This document shows positions 24,130 through 37,300 of a stretch of DNA of 64,000 nucleotides, one piece after another. The notes below the pieces were generated by a model that was not told where the DNA came from, searched no databases, and was given only the letters and a program-made list of their open reading frames with translations. Origin of the DNA: Auanema rhodensis (lineage: Eukaryota > Animalia > Nematoda); contig OZ059895.1 of the NCBI GenBank assembly GCA_964057225.1, positions 3,410,001 through 3,474,000 of the forward strand, given 5' to 3'. Both the position numbers and the translations under genes were made by a program. Positions within the stretch are counted from its first letter, which is position 1. Each line of letters starts with the position of its first letter.

Positions 24130-27100
24130 AAGATAGATACAAAAAAATTGGAATATGATCACAAGTTCTGATGCTTTGAAGGGCATGTTTTACTAGCCTA
24201 CGTAGGAAAACATCCATTCAAGCAACAGAACTAGGAAAGATCCATGTCTGATTAGTCGGTCAGTTCATTATTTAAGGGTAACCTGTGCTGCGTATAATTT
24301 ATGGGTGTACAAAAATCAAAGTTCTTAATCAAAGTTTAAAAAACAAACTGAATAAAAGTTAGAAAATCTGAATTAAAATCTTTCCAACATAGTGTTCAAC
24401 ATATGATATATTACTATCTTTACAAGATAGATACAAAAAAATTGGAATCTGATCACATGTTCTGATGCTTTGAAGGGCATGTTTTACTAGCCTACGTAGG
24501 AAAACATCCGTTCAAGCAACAGAACTTGGGAAGATCCATGTCTGATTAGACGGTCAGTTCATTATTTAAGGGTAACCTGTGCTGCGTATATTTTATGGGT
24601 GTACAAACAACAAGGTTCTTAATCAAAGTTTAGAAAACAAACTGAGTGAAAGTTGAAAAAATCTGAATTAAAATCTTTCCAACATAGTGTTCAACATATG
24701 ATATATTACTATCTTTACAAGATAGATACAAAAAAATTGGAATGTGGTTACATGTTCTGATGCTTTGAAGGGCATGTTTTACTAGCCTACGTAGGAAAAC
24801 ATCCGTTCAAGCAACAGAACTTGGAAAGATCCATGTCTGATTAGTCGGTCAGTTCATTATTTAAGGGTAACCTGTGCTGCGTATAATTTATGGGTGTACA
24901 AAAATCAAAGTTTATTACTATCTTTACAAGATAGATACAAAAAAATTGGAATGTGATCACATGTTCTGATGCTTTGAAGGGCATGTTTTACTAGCCTACG
25001 TAGGAAAACATCCATTCAAGCAACAGAACTTGGGAAGATCCATGTCTGATTAGACGGTCAGTTCATTATTTAAGGGTAACCTGTGCTGCGTATATTTTAT
25101 GGGTGTACAAACAACAAGGTTCTTAATCAAAGTATAGAAAACAAACTGAGTGAAAGTTGAAAAAATCTGAATTAAAATCTTTCCAACATAGTGTTCAACA
25201 TATGATATATTACTATCTTTACAAGATAGATACAAAAAAATTGGAATGTGATCACATGTTCTGATGCTTTGAAGGGCATGTTTTACTAGCCTACGTAGGA
25301 AAACATCCGTTCAAGCAACAGAACTTGGGAAGATCCATGTCTGATTAGACGGTCAGTTCATTATTTAAGGGTAACCTGTGCTGCGTATAATTTATGGGTG
25401 TACAAAAATCAAAGTTTATTACTATCTTTACAAAATAGATACAAAAAAATTGGAATGTGATCACATGTTCTGATGTTTTGAAGGGCATGTTTTACTAGCC
25501 TACGTAGGAAAACATCCATTCAAGCAACAGAACTAGGAAAGATCCATGTCTGATTAGTCGGTCAGTTCATTATTTAAGGGTAAACGGTGCTGCGTATAAT
25601 TTATGGGTGTACAAAAATCAAAGTTCTTAATCAAAGTTTAAAAAACAAACTGAATAAAAGTTAGAAAATCTGAATTAAAATCTTTCCAACATAGTGTTCA
25701 ACATATGATATATTACTATCTTTACAAGATAGATACAAAAAAATTGGAATGTGATCACATGTTCTGATGCTTTGAAGGGCATGTTTTACTAGCCTACGTA
25801 GGAAAACATCCATTCAAGCAACAGAACTAGGAAAGATCCATGTCTGATTAGTCGGTCAGTTCATTATTTAAGGGTAACCTGTGCTGCGTATAATTTATGG
25901 GTGTACAAAAATCAAAGTTTATTACTATCTTTACAAGATAGATACAAAAAAATTGGAATGTGATCACATGTTCTGATGCTTTGAAGGGCATGTTTTACTA
26001 GCCTACGTAGGAAAACATCCATTCAAGCAACAGAACTAGGAAAGATCCATGTCTGATTAGTCGGTCAGTTCATTATTTAAGGGTAACCTGTGCTGCGTAT
26101 AATTTATGGGTGTACAAAAATCAAAGTTCTTAATCAAAGTTTAAAAAACAAACTGAATAAAAGTTAGAAAATCTGAATTAAAATCTTTCCAACATAGTGT
26201 TCAACATATGATATATTACTATCTTTACAAGATAGATACAAAAAAATTGCAATGTGATCACATGTTCTGATGCTTTGAAGGGCATGTTTTAGTAGCCTAC
26301 GTAGGAAAACATCCATTCAAGCAACAGAACTTGGGAAGATCCATGTCTGATTAGACGGTCAGTTCATTATTTAAGGGTAACCTGTGCTGCGTATATTTTA
26401 TGGGTGTACAAACAACAAGGTTCTTAATCAAAGTTTAGAAAACAAACTGAGTGAAAGTTTAAAAAATCTGAATTAAAATCTTTCCAACATAGTGTTCAAC
26501 ATATGATATATTACTATCTTTACAAGATAGATACAAAAAAATTGGAATCTGATCACATGTTCTGATGCTTTGAAGGGCATGTTTTACTAGCCTACGTAGG
26601 AAAACATCCGTTCAAGCAACAGAACTTGGGAAGATCCATGTCTGATTAGACGGTCAGTTCATTATTTAAGGGTAACCTGTGCTGCGTATATTTTATGGGT
26701 GTACAAACAACAAGGTTCTTAATCAAAGTTTAGAAAACAAACTGAGTGAAAGTTGAAAAAATCTGAATTAAAATCTTTCCAACATAGTGTTCAACATATG
26801 ATATATTACTATCTTTACAAGATAGATACAAAAAAATTGGAATGTGGTCACATGTTCTGATGCTTTGAAGGGCATGTTTTACTAGCCTACGTAGGAAAAC
26901 ATCCGTTCAAGCAACAGAACTTGGAAAGATCCATGTCTGATTAGTCGGTCAGTTCATTATTTAAGGGTAACCTGTGCTGCGTATAATTTATGGGTGTACA
27001 AAAATCAAAGTTTATTACTATCTTTACAAAATAGATACAAAAAAATTGGAATGTGATCACATGTTCTGATGTTTTGAAGGGCATGTTTTACTAGCCTACG

Positions 27101-30100
27101 TAGGAAAACATCCATTCAAGCAACAGAACTAGGAAAGATCCATGTCTGATTAGTCGGTCAGTTCATTATTTAAGGGTAACCTGTGCTGCGTATAATTTAT
27201 GGGTGTACAAAAATCAAAGTTCTTAATCAAAGTTTAAAAAACAAACTGAATAAAAGTTAGAAAATCTGAATTAAAATCTTTCCAACATAGTGTTCAACAT
27301 ATGATATATTACTATCTTTACCAGATAGATACAAAAAAATTGGAATGTGATCACATGTTCTGATGCTTTGAAGGGCATGTTTTACTAGCCTACGTAGGAA
27401 AACATCCATTCAAGCAACAGAACTAGGAAAGATCCATGTCTGATTAGTCGGTCAGTTCATTATTTAAGAGTAACCTGTGCTGCGTATAATTTATGGGTGT
27501 ACAAAAATCAAAGTTTATTACTATCTTTACAAGATAGATACAAAAAAATTGGAATATGATCACATGTTCTGATGCTTTGAAGGGCATGTTTTACTAGCCT
27601 ACGTAGGAAAACATCCATTCAAGCAACAGAACTAGGAAAGATCCATGTCTGATTAGTCGGTCAGTTCATTATTTAAGGGTAACCTGTGCTGCGTATAATT
27701 TATGGGTGTACAAAAATCAAAGTTCTTAATCAAAGTTTAAAAAACAAACTGAATAAAAGTTAGAAAATCTGAATTAAAATCTTTCCAACATAGTGTTCAA
27801 CATATGATATATTACTATCTTTACAAGATAGATACAAAAAAATTGGAATGTGGTCACATGTTCTGATGCTTTGAAGGGCATTTTTTACTAGCCTACGTAG
27901 GAAAACATCCATTCAAGCAACAGAACTTGGAAAGATCCATGTCTGATTAGTCGGTCAGTTCATTATTTAAGGGTAACCTGTGCTGCGTATAATTTATGGG
28001 TGTACAAAAATCAAAGTTCTTAATCAAAGTTTAAAAAACAAACTGAATAAAAGTTCGTAAATCTGAATTAAAATCTTTCCAACATAGTGTTCAACATATG
28101 ATATATTACTATCTTTACAAGATAGATACAAAAAAATTGGAATGTGATCACATGTTCTGATGCTTTGAAGGGCATGTTTTACTAGCCTACGTAGGAAAAC
28201 ATCCATTCAAGCAACAGAACTAGGAAAGATCCATGTCTGATTAGTCGGTCAGTTCATTATTTAAGGGTAACCTGTGCTGCGTATAATTTATGGGTGTATA
28301 AAAATCAAAGATTATTACTATCTTTACAAGATAGATTTCAAAAAAATTGGAATGTGATCACATGTTCTGATGCTTTGAAGGGCATGTTTTACTAGCCTAC
28401 GTAGGAAAACATCCATTCAAGCAACAGAACTAGGAAAGATCCATGTCTGATTAGTCGGTCAGTTCATTATTTAAGGGTAACCTGTGCTGCGTATAATTTA
28501 TGGGTGTACAAAAATCAAAGTTCTTAATCAAAGTTTAAAAAACAAACTGAATAAAAGTTAGAAAATCTGAATTAAAATCTTTCCAACATAGTGTTCAACA
28601 TATGATATATTACTATCTTTATAAGATAGATACAAAAAAATTGGAATGTGATCACATGTTCTGATGCTTTGAAGGGCATGTTTTACTAGCCTACGTAGGA
28701 AAACATCCATTCAAGCAACAGAACTTGGGAAGATCCATGTCTGATTAGACAGTCAGTTCATTATTTAAGGGTAACCTGTGCTGCGTATAATTTATGGGTG
28801 TACAAAAATCAAAGTTTATTACTATCTTTACAAAATAGATACAAAAAAATTGGAATGTGATCACATGTTCTGATGTTTTGAAGGGCATGTTTTACTAGCC
28901 TACGTAGGAAAACATCCATTCAAGCAACAGAACTAGGAAAGATCCATGTCTGATTAGTCGGTCAGTTCATTATTTAAGGGTAACCTGTGCTGCGTATATT
29001 TTATGGGTGTACAAACAACAAGGTTCTTAATCAAAGTATAGAAAACAAACTGAGTGAAAGTTGAAAAAATCTGAATTAAAATCTTTCCAACATAGTGTTC
29101 AACATATGATATATTACTATCTTTACAAGATAGATACAAAAAAATTGGAATGTGATCACATGTTCTGATGCTTTGAAGGGCATGTTTTACTAGCCTACGT
29201 AGGAAAACATCCGTTCAAGCAACAGAACTTGGGAAGATCCATGTCTGATTAGACGGTCAGTTCATTATTTAAGGGTAACCTGTGCTGCGTATAATTTATG
29301 GGTGTACAAAAATCAAAGTTTATTACTATCTTTACAAAATAGATACAAAAAAATTGGAATGTGATCACATGTTCTGATGTTTTGAAGGGCATGTTTTACT
29401 AGCCTACGTAGGAAAACATCCATTCAAGCAACAGAACTAGGAAAGATCCATGTCTGATTAGTCGGTCAGTTCATTATTTAAGGGTAACCGGTGCTGCGTA
29501 TAATTTATGGGTGTACAAAAATCAAAGTTCTTAATCAAAGTTTAAAAAACAAACTGAATAAAAGTTAGAAAATCTGAATTAAAATCTTTCCAACATAGTG
29601 TTCAACATATGATATATTACTATCTTTACAAGATAGATACAAAAAAATTGGAATGTGATCACATGTTCTGATGCTTTGAAGGGCATGTTTTACTAGCCTA
29701 CGTAGGAAAACATCCATTCAAGCAACAGAACTAGGAAAGATCCATGTCTGATTAGTCGGTCAGTTCATTATTTAAGGGTAACCTGTGCTGCGTATAATTT
29801 ATGGGTGTACAAAAATCAAAGTTTATTACTATCTTTACAAGATAGATACAAAAAAATTGGAATGTGATCACATGTTCTGATGCTTTGAAGGGCATGTTTT
29901 ACTAGCCTACGTAGGAAAACATCCATTCAAGCAACAGAACTAGGAAAGATCCATGTCTGATTAGTCGGTCAGTTCATTATTTAAGGGTAACCTGTGCTGC
30001 GTATAATTTATGGGTGTACAAAAATCAAAGTTCTTAATCAAAGTTTAAAAAACAAACTGAATAAAAGTTAGAAAATCTGAATTAAAATCTTTCCAACATA

Positions 30101-33100
30101 GTGTTCAACATATGATATATTACTATCTTTACAAGATAGATACAAAAAAATTGCAATGTGATCACATGTTCTGATGCTTTGAAGGGCATGTTTTAGTAGC
30201 CTACGTAGGAAAACATCCATTCAAGCAACAGAACTTGGGAAGATCCATGTCTGATTAGACGGTCAGTTCATTATTTAAGGGTAACCTGTGCTGCGTATAT
30301 TTTATGGGTGTACAAACAACAAGGTTCTTAATCAAAGTTTAGAAAACAAACTGAGTGAAAGTTTAAAAAATCTGAATTAAAATCTTTCCAACATAGTGTT
30401 CAACATATGATATATTACTATCTTTACAAGATAGATACAAAAAAATTGGAATCTGATCACATGTTCTGATGCTTTGAAGGGCATGTTTTACTAGCCTACG
30501 TAGGAAAACATCCGTTCAAGCAACAGAACTTGGGAAGATCCATGTCTGATTAGACGGTCAGTTCATTATTTAAGGGTAACCTGTGCTGCGTATATTTTAT
30601 GGGTGTACAAACAACAAGGTTCTTAATCAAAGTTTAGAAAACAAACTGAGTGAAAGTTGAAAAAATCTGAATTAAAATCTTTCCAACATAGTGTTCAACA
30701 TATGATATATTACTATCTTTACAAGATAGATACAAAAAAATTGGAATGTGGTCACATGTTCTGATGCTTTGAAGGGCATGTTTTACTAGCCTACGTAGGA
30801 AAACATCCGTTCAAGCAACAGAACTTGGAAAGATCCATGTCTGATTAGTCGGTCAGTTCATTATTTAAGGGTAACCTGTGCTGCGTATAATTTATGGGTG
30901 TACAAAAATCAAAGTTTATTACTATCTTTACAAAATAGATACAAAAAAATTGGAATGTGATCACATGTTCTGATGTTTTGAAGGGCATGTTTTACTAGCC
31001 TACGTAGGAAAACATCCATTCAAGCAACAGAACTAGGAAAGATCCATGTCTGATTAGTCGGTCAGTTCATTATTTAAGGGTAACCTGTGCTGCGTATAAT
31101 TTATGGGTGTACAAAAATCAAAGTTCTTAATCAAAGTTTAAAAAACAAACTGAATAAAAGTTAGAAAATCTGAATTAAAATCTTTCCAACATAGTGTTCA
31201 ACATATGATATATTACTATCTTTACAAGATAGATACAAAAAAATTGGAATGTGATCACATGTTCTGATGCTTTGAAGGGCATGTTTTACTAGCCTACGTA
31301 GGAAAACATCCATTCAAGCAACAGAACTAGGAAAGATCCATGTCTGATTAGTCGGTCAGTTCATTATTTAAGAGTAACCTGTGCTGCGTATAATTTATGG
31401 GTGTACAAAAATCAAAGTTTATTACTATCTTTACAAGATAGATACAAAAAAATTGGAATATGATCACATGTTCTGATGCTTTGAAGGGCATGTTTTACTA
31501 GCCTACGTAGGAAAACATCCATTCAAGCAACAGAACTAGGAAAGATCCATGTCTGATTAGTCGGTCAGTTCATTATTTAAGGGTAACCTGTGCTGCGTAT
31601 AATTTATGGGTGTACAAAAATCAAAGTTCTTAATCAAAGTTTAAAAAACAAACTGAATAAAAGTTAGAAAATCTGAATTAAAATCTTTCCAACATAGTGT
31701 TCAACATATGATATATTACTATCTTTACAAGATAGATACAAAAAAATTGGAATCTGATCACATGTTCTGATGCTTTGAAGGGCATGTTTTACTAGCCTAC
31801 GTAGGAAAACATCCGTTCAAGCAACAGAACTTGGGAAGATCCATGTCTGATTAGACGGTCAGTTCATTATTTAAGGGTAACCTGTGCTGCGTATATTTTA
31901 TGGGTGTACAAACAACAAGGTTCTTAATCAAAGTTTAGAAAACAAACTGAGTGAAAGTTGAAAAAATCTGAATTAAAATCTTTCCAACATAGTGTTCAAC
32001 ATATGATATATTACTATCTTTACAAGATAGATACAAAAAAATTGGAATGTGGTTACATGTTCTGATGCTTTGAAGGGCATGTTTTACTAGCCTACGTAGG
32101 AAAACATCCGTTCAAGCAACAGAACTTGGAAAGATCCATGTCTGATTAGTCGGTCAGTTCATTATTTAAGGGTAACCTGTGCTGCGTATAATTTATGGGT
32201 GTACAAAAATCAAAGTTTATTACTATCTTTACAAGATAGATACAAAAAAATTGGAATGTGATCACATGTTCTGATGCTTTGAAGGGCATGTTTTACTAGC
32301 CTACGTAGGAAAACATCCATTCAAGCAACAGAACTTGGGAAGATCCATGTCTGATTAGACGGTCAGTTCATTATTTAAGGGTAACCTGTGCTGCGTATAT
32401 TTTATGGGTGTACAAACAACAAGGTTCTTAATCAAAGTTTAGAAAACAAACTGAGTGAAAGTTGAAAAAATCTGAATTAAAATCTTTCCAACATAGTGTT
32501 CAACATATGATATATTACTATCTTTACAAGATAGATACAAAAAAATTGGAATGTGATCACATGTTCTGATGCTTTGAAGGGCATGTTTTACTAGCCTACG
32601 TAGGAAAACATCCGTTCAAGCAACAGAACTTGGGAAGATCCATGTCTGATTAGACGGTCAGTTCATTATTTAAGGGTAACCTGTGCTGCGTATAATTTAT
32701 GGGTGTACAAAAATCAAAGTTTATTACTATCTTTACAAAATAGATACAAAAAAATTGGAATGTGATCACATGTTCTGATGTTTTGAAGGGCATGTTTTAC
32801 TAGCCTACGTAGGAAAACATCCATTCAAGCAACAGAACTAGGAAAGATCCATGTCTGATTAGTCGGTCAGTTCATTATTTAAGGGTAACCGGTGCTGCGT
32901 ATAATTTATGGGTGTACAAAAATCAAAGTTCTTAATCAAAGTTTAAAAAACAAACTGAATAAAAGTTAGAAAATCTGAATTAAAATCTTTCCAACATAGT
33001 GTTCAACATATGATATATTACTATCTTTACAAGATAGATACAAAAAAATTGGAATGTGATCACATGTTCTGATGCTTTGAAGGGCATGTTTTACTAGCCT

Positions 33101-34330
33101 ACGTAGGAAAACATCCATTCAAGCAACAGAACTAGGAAAGATCCATGTCTGATTAGTCGGTCAGTTCATTATTTAAGGGTAACCTGTGCTGCGTATAATT
33201 TATGGGTGTACAAAAATCAAAGTTTATTACTATCTTTACAAGATAGATACAAAAAAATTGGAATGTGATCACATGTTCTGATGCTTTGAAGGGCATGTTT
33301 TACTAGCCTACGTAGGAAAACATCCATTCAAGCAACAGAACTAGGAAAGATCCATGTCTGATTAGTCGGTCAGTTCATTATTTAAGGGTAACCTGTGCTG
33401 CGTATAATTTATGGGTGTACAAAAATCAAAGTTCTTAATCAAAGTTTAAAAAACAAACTGAATAAAAGTTAGAAAATCTGAATTAAAATCTTTCCAACAT
33501 AGTGTTCAACATATGATATATTACTATCTTTACAAGATAGATACAAAAAAATTGCAATGTGATCACATGTTCTGATGCTTTGAAGGGCATGTTTTAGTAG
33601 CCTACGTAGGAAAACATCCATTCAAGCAACAGAACTTGGGAAGATCCATGTCTGATTAGACGGTCAGTTCATTATTTAAGGGTAACCTGTGCTGCGTATA
33701 TTTTATGGGTGTACAAACAACAAGGTTCTTAATCAAAGTTTAGAAAACAAACTGAGTGAAAGTTTAAAAAATCTGAATTAAAATCTTTCCAACATAGTGT
33801 TCAACATATGATATATTACTATCTTTACAAGATAGATACAAAAAAATTGGAATCTGATCACATGTTCTGATGCTTTGAAGGGCATGTTTTACTAGCCTAC
33901 GTAGGAAAACATCCGTTCAAGCAACAGAACTTGGGAAGATCCATGTCTGATTAGACGGTCAGTTCATTATTTAAGGGTAACCTGTGCTGCGTATATTTTA
34001 TGGGTGTACAAACAACAAGGTTCTTAATCAAAGTTTAGAAAACAAACTGAGTGAAAGTTGAAAAAATCTGAATTAAAATCTTTCCAACATAGTGTTCAAC
34101 ATATGATATATTACTATCTTTACAAGATAGATACAAAAAAATTGGAATGTGGTCACATGTTCTGATGCTTTGAAGGGCATGTTTTACTAGCCTACGTAGG
34201 AAAACATCCGTTCAAGCAACAGAACTTGGAAAGATCCATGTCTGATTAGTCGGTCAGTTCATTATTTAAGGGTAACCTGTGCTGCGTATAATTTATGGGT
34301 GTACAAAAATCAAAGTTTATTACTATCTTT
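24130..34330 (+). repeat. Imperfect large HOR with about 3 copies at spacings of 3904 and 3401 bp (boundaries approximate)
   Basis: The TTGCAATG marker base lies at 26250/30154/33555, the CGGTGC variant at about 25585/29489/32890, and AGTATAG at 25131/29035. Confidence 0.8.
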
Positions 34331-37300
34331 ACAAGATAGATACAAAAAAATTGGAATGTGATCACATGTTCTGATGCTTTGAAGGGCATGTTTTACTAGC
34401 CTACGTAGGAAAACATCCATTCAAGCAACAGAACTAGGAAAGATCCATGTCTGCTTAGTCGGTCAGTTCATTATTTAAGGGTAACCTGTGCTGCGTATAA
34501 TTTATGGGTGTACAAAAATCAAAGTTCTTAATCAAAGTTTAAAAAACAAACTGAATAAAAGTTAGAAAATCTGAATTAAAATCTTTCCAACATAGTGTTC
34601 AACATATGATATATTACTATCTTTACAAGATAGATACAAAAAAATTGGAATGTGATCACATGTTCTGATGCTTTGAAGGGCATGTTTTACTAGCCTACGT
34701 AGGAAAACATCCATTCAAGCAACAGAACTAGGAAAGATCCATGTCTGATTAGTCGGTCAGTTCATTATTTAAGGGTAACCTGTGCTGCGTATAATTTATG
34801 GGTGTACAAAAATCAAAGTTTATTACTATCTTTACAAGATAGATACAAAAAAATTGGAATGTGATCACATGTTCTGATGCTTTGAAGGGCATGTTTTACT
34901 AGCCTACGTAGGAAAACATCCGTTCAAGCAACAGAACTTGGGAAGATCCATGTCTGATTAGACGGTCAGTTCATTATTTAAGGGTAACCTGTGCTGCGTA
35001 TATTTTATGGGTGTACAAACAACAAGGTTCTTAATCAAAGTTTAGAAAACAAACTGAGTGAAAGTTGAAAAAATCTGAATTAAAATCTTTCCAACATAGT
35101 GTTCAACATATGATATATTACTATCTTTACAAGATAGATACAAAAAAATTGGAATCTGATCACATGTTCTGATGCTTTGAAGGGCATGTTTTACTAGCCT
35201 ACGTAGGAAAACATCCGTTCAAGCAACAGAACTTGGGAAGATCCATGTCTGATTAGACGGTCAGTTCATTATTTAAGGGTAACCTGTGCTGCGTATATTT
35301 TATGGGTGTACAAAAATCAAAGTTTATTACTATCTTTACAAAATAGATACAAAAAAATTGGAATGTGATCACATGTTCTGATGTTTTGAAGGTCATGTTT
35401 TACTAGCCTACGTAGGAAAACATCCGTTCAAGCAACAGAACTTGGAAAGATCCATGTCTGATTAGTCGGTCAGTTCATTATTTAAGGGTAACCTGTGCTG
35501 CGTATAATTTATGGGTGTACAAAAATCAAAGTTTATTACTATCTTTACAAGATAGATACAAAAAAATTGGAATGTGATCACATGTTCTGATGCTTTGAAG
35601 GGCATGTTTTACTAGCCTACGTAGGAAAACATCCGTTCAAGCAACAGAACTTGGGAAGATCCATGTCTGATTAGTCGGTCAGTTCATTATTCAAGGGTAA
35701 CCTGTGCTGCGTATAATTTATGGGTGTACAAAAATCAAAGTTCTTAATCAAAGTTTAAAAAACAAACTGAATAAAAGTTAGAAAATCTGAATTAAAATCT
35801 TTCCAACATAGTGTTCAACATATGATATATTACTATCTTTACAAGATAGATACAAAAAAATTGCAATGTGATCACATGTTCTGATGCTTTGAAGGGCATG
35901 TTTTAGTAGCCTACGTAGGAAAACATCCATTCAAGCAACAGAACTTGGGAAGATCCATGTCTGATTAGACGGTCAGTTCATTATTTAAGGGTAACCTGTG
36001 CTGCGTATATTTTATGGGTGTACAAACAACAAGGTTCTTAATCAAAGTTTAGAAAACAAACTGAGTGAAAGTTTAAAAAATCTGAATTAAAATCTTTCCA
36101 ACATAGTGTTCAACATATGATATATTACTATCTTTACAAGATAGATACAAAAAAATTGGAATCTGATCACATGTTCTGATGCTTTGAAGGGCATGTTTTA
36201 CTAGCCTACGTAGGAAAACATCCGTTCAAGCAACAGAACTTGGGAAGATCCATGTCTGATTAGACGGTCAGTTCATTATTTAAGGGTAACCTGTGCTGCG
36301 TATATTTTATGGGTGTACAAACAACAAGGTTCTTAATCAAAGTTTAGAAAACAAACTGAGTGAAAGTTGAAAAAATCTGAATTAAAATCTTTCCAACATA
36401 GTGTTCAACATATGATATATTACTATCTTTACAAGATAGATACAAAAAAATTGGAATGTGGTCACATGTTCTGATGCTTTGAAGGGCATGTTTTACTAGC
36501 CTACGTAGGAAAACATCCGTTCAAGCAACAGAACTTGGAAAGATCCATGTCTGATTAGTCGGTCAGTTCATTATTTAAGGGTAACCTGTGCTGCGTATAA
36601 TTTATGGGTGTACAAAAATCAAAGTTTATTACTATCTTTACAAGATAGATACAAAAAAATTGGAATGTGATCACATGTTCTGATGCTTTGAAGGGCATGT
36701 TTTACTAGCCTACGTAGGAAAACATCCATTCAAGCAACAGAACTAGGAAAGATCCATGTCTGCTTAGTCGGTCAGTTCATTATTTAAGGGTAACCTGTGC
36801 TGCGTATAATTTATGGGTGTACAAAAATCAAAGTTCTTAATCAAAGTTTAAAAAACAAACTGAATAAAAGTTAGAAAATCTGAATTAAAATCTTTCCAAC
36901 ATAGTGTTCAACATATGATATATTACTATCTTTACAAGATAGATACAAAAAAATTGGAATGTGATCACATGTTCTGATGCTTTGAAGGGCATGTTTTACT
37001 AGCCTACGTAGGAAAACATCCATTCAAGCAACAGAACTAGGAAAGATCCATGTCTGATTAGTCGGTCAGTTCATTATTTAAGGGTAACCTGTGCTGCGTA
37101 TAATTTATGGGTGTACAAAAATCAAAGTTTATTACTATCTTTACAAGATAGATACAAAAAAATTGGAATGTGATCACATGTTCTGATGCTTTGAAGGGCA
37201 TGTTTTACTAGCCTACGTAGGAAAACATCCGTTCAAGCAACAGAACTTGGGAAGATCCATGTCTGATTAGACGGTCAGTTCATTATTTAAGGGTAACCTG

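Noticed and set aside
25050-29139. Two 61-aa minus-strand ORFs (MYLSCKDS...)
   Set aside because: They have a non-ATG (TTG) start and exist only because AGTTTAG>AGTATAG removes a stop codon in two duplicated monomers.
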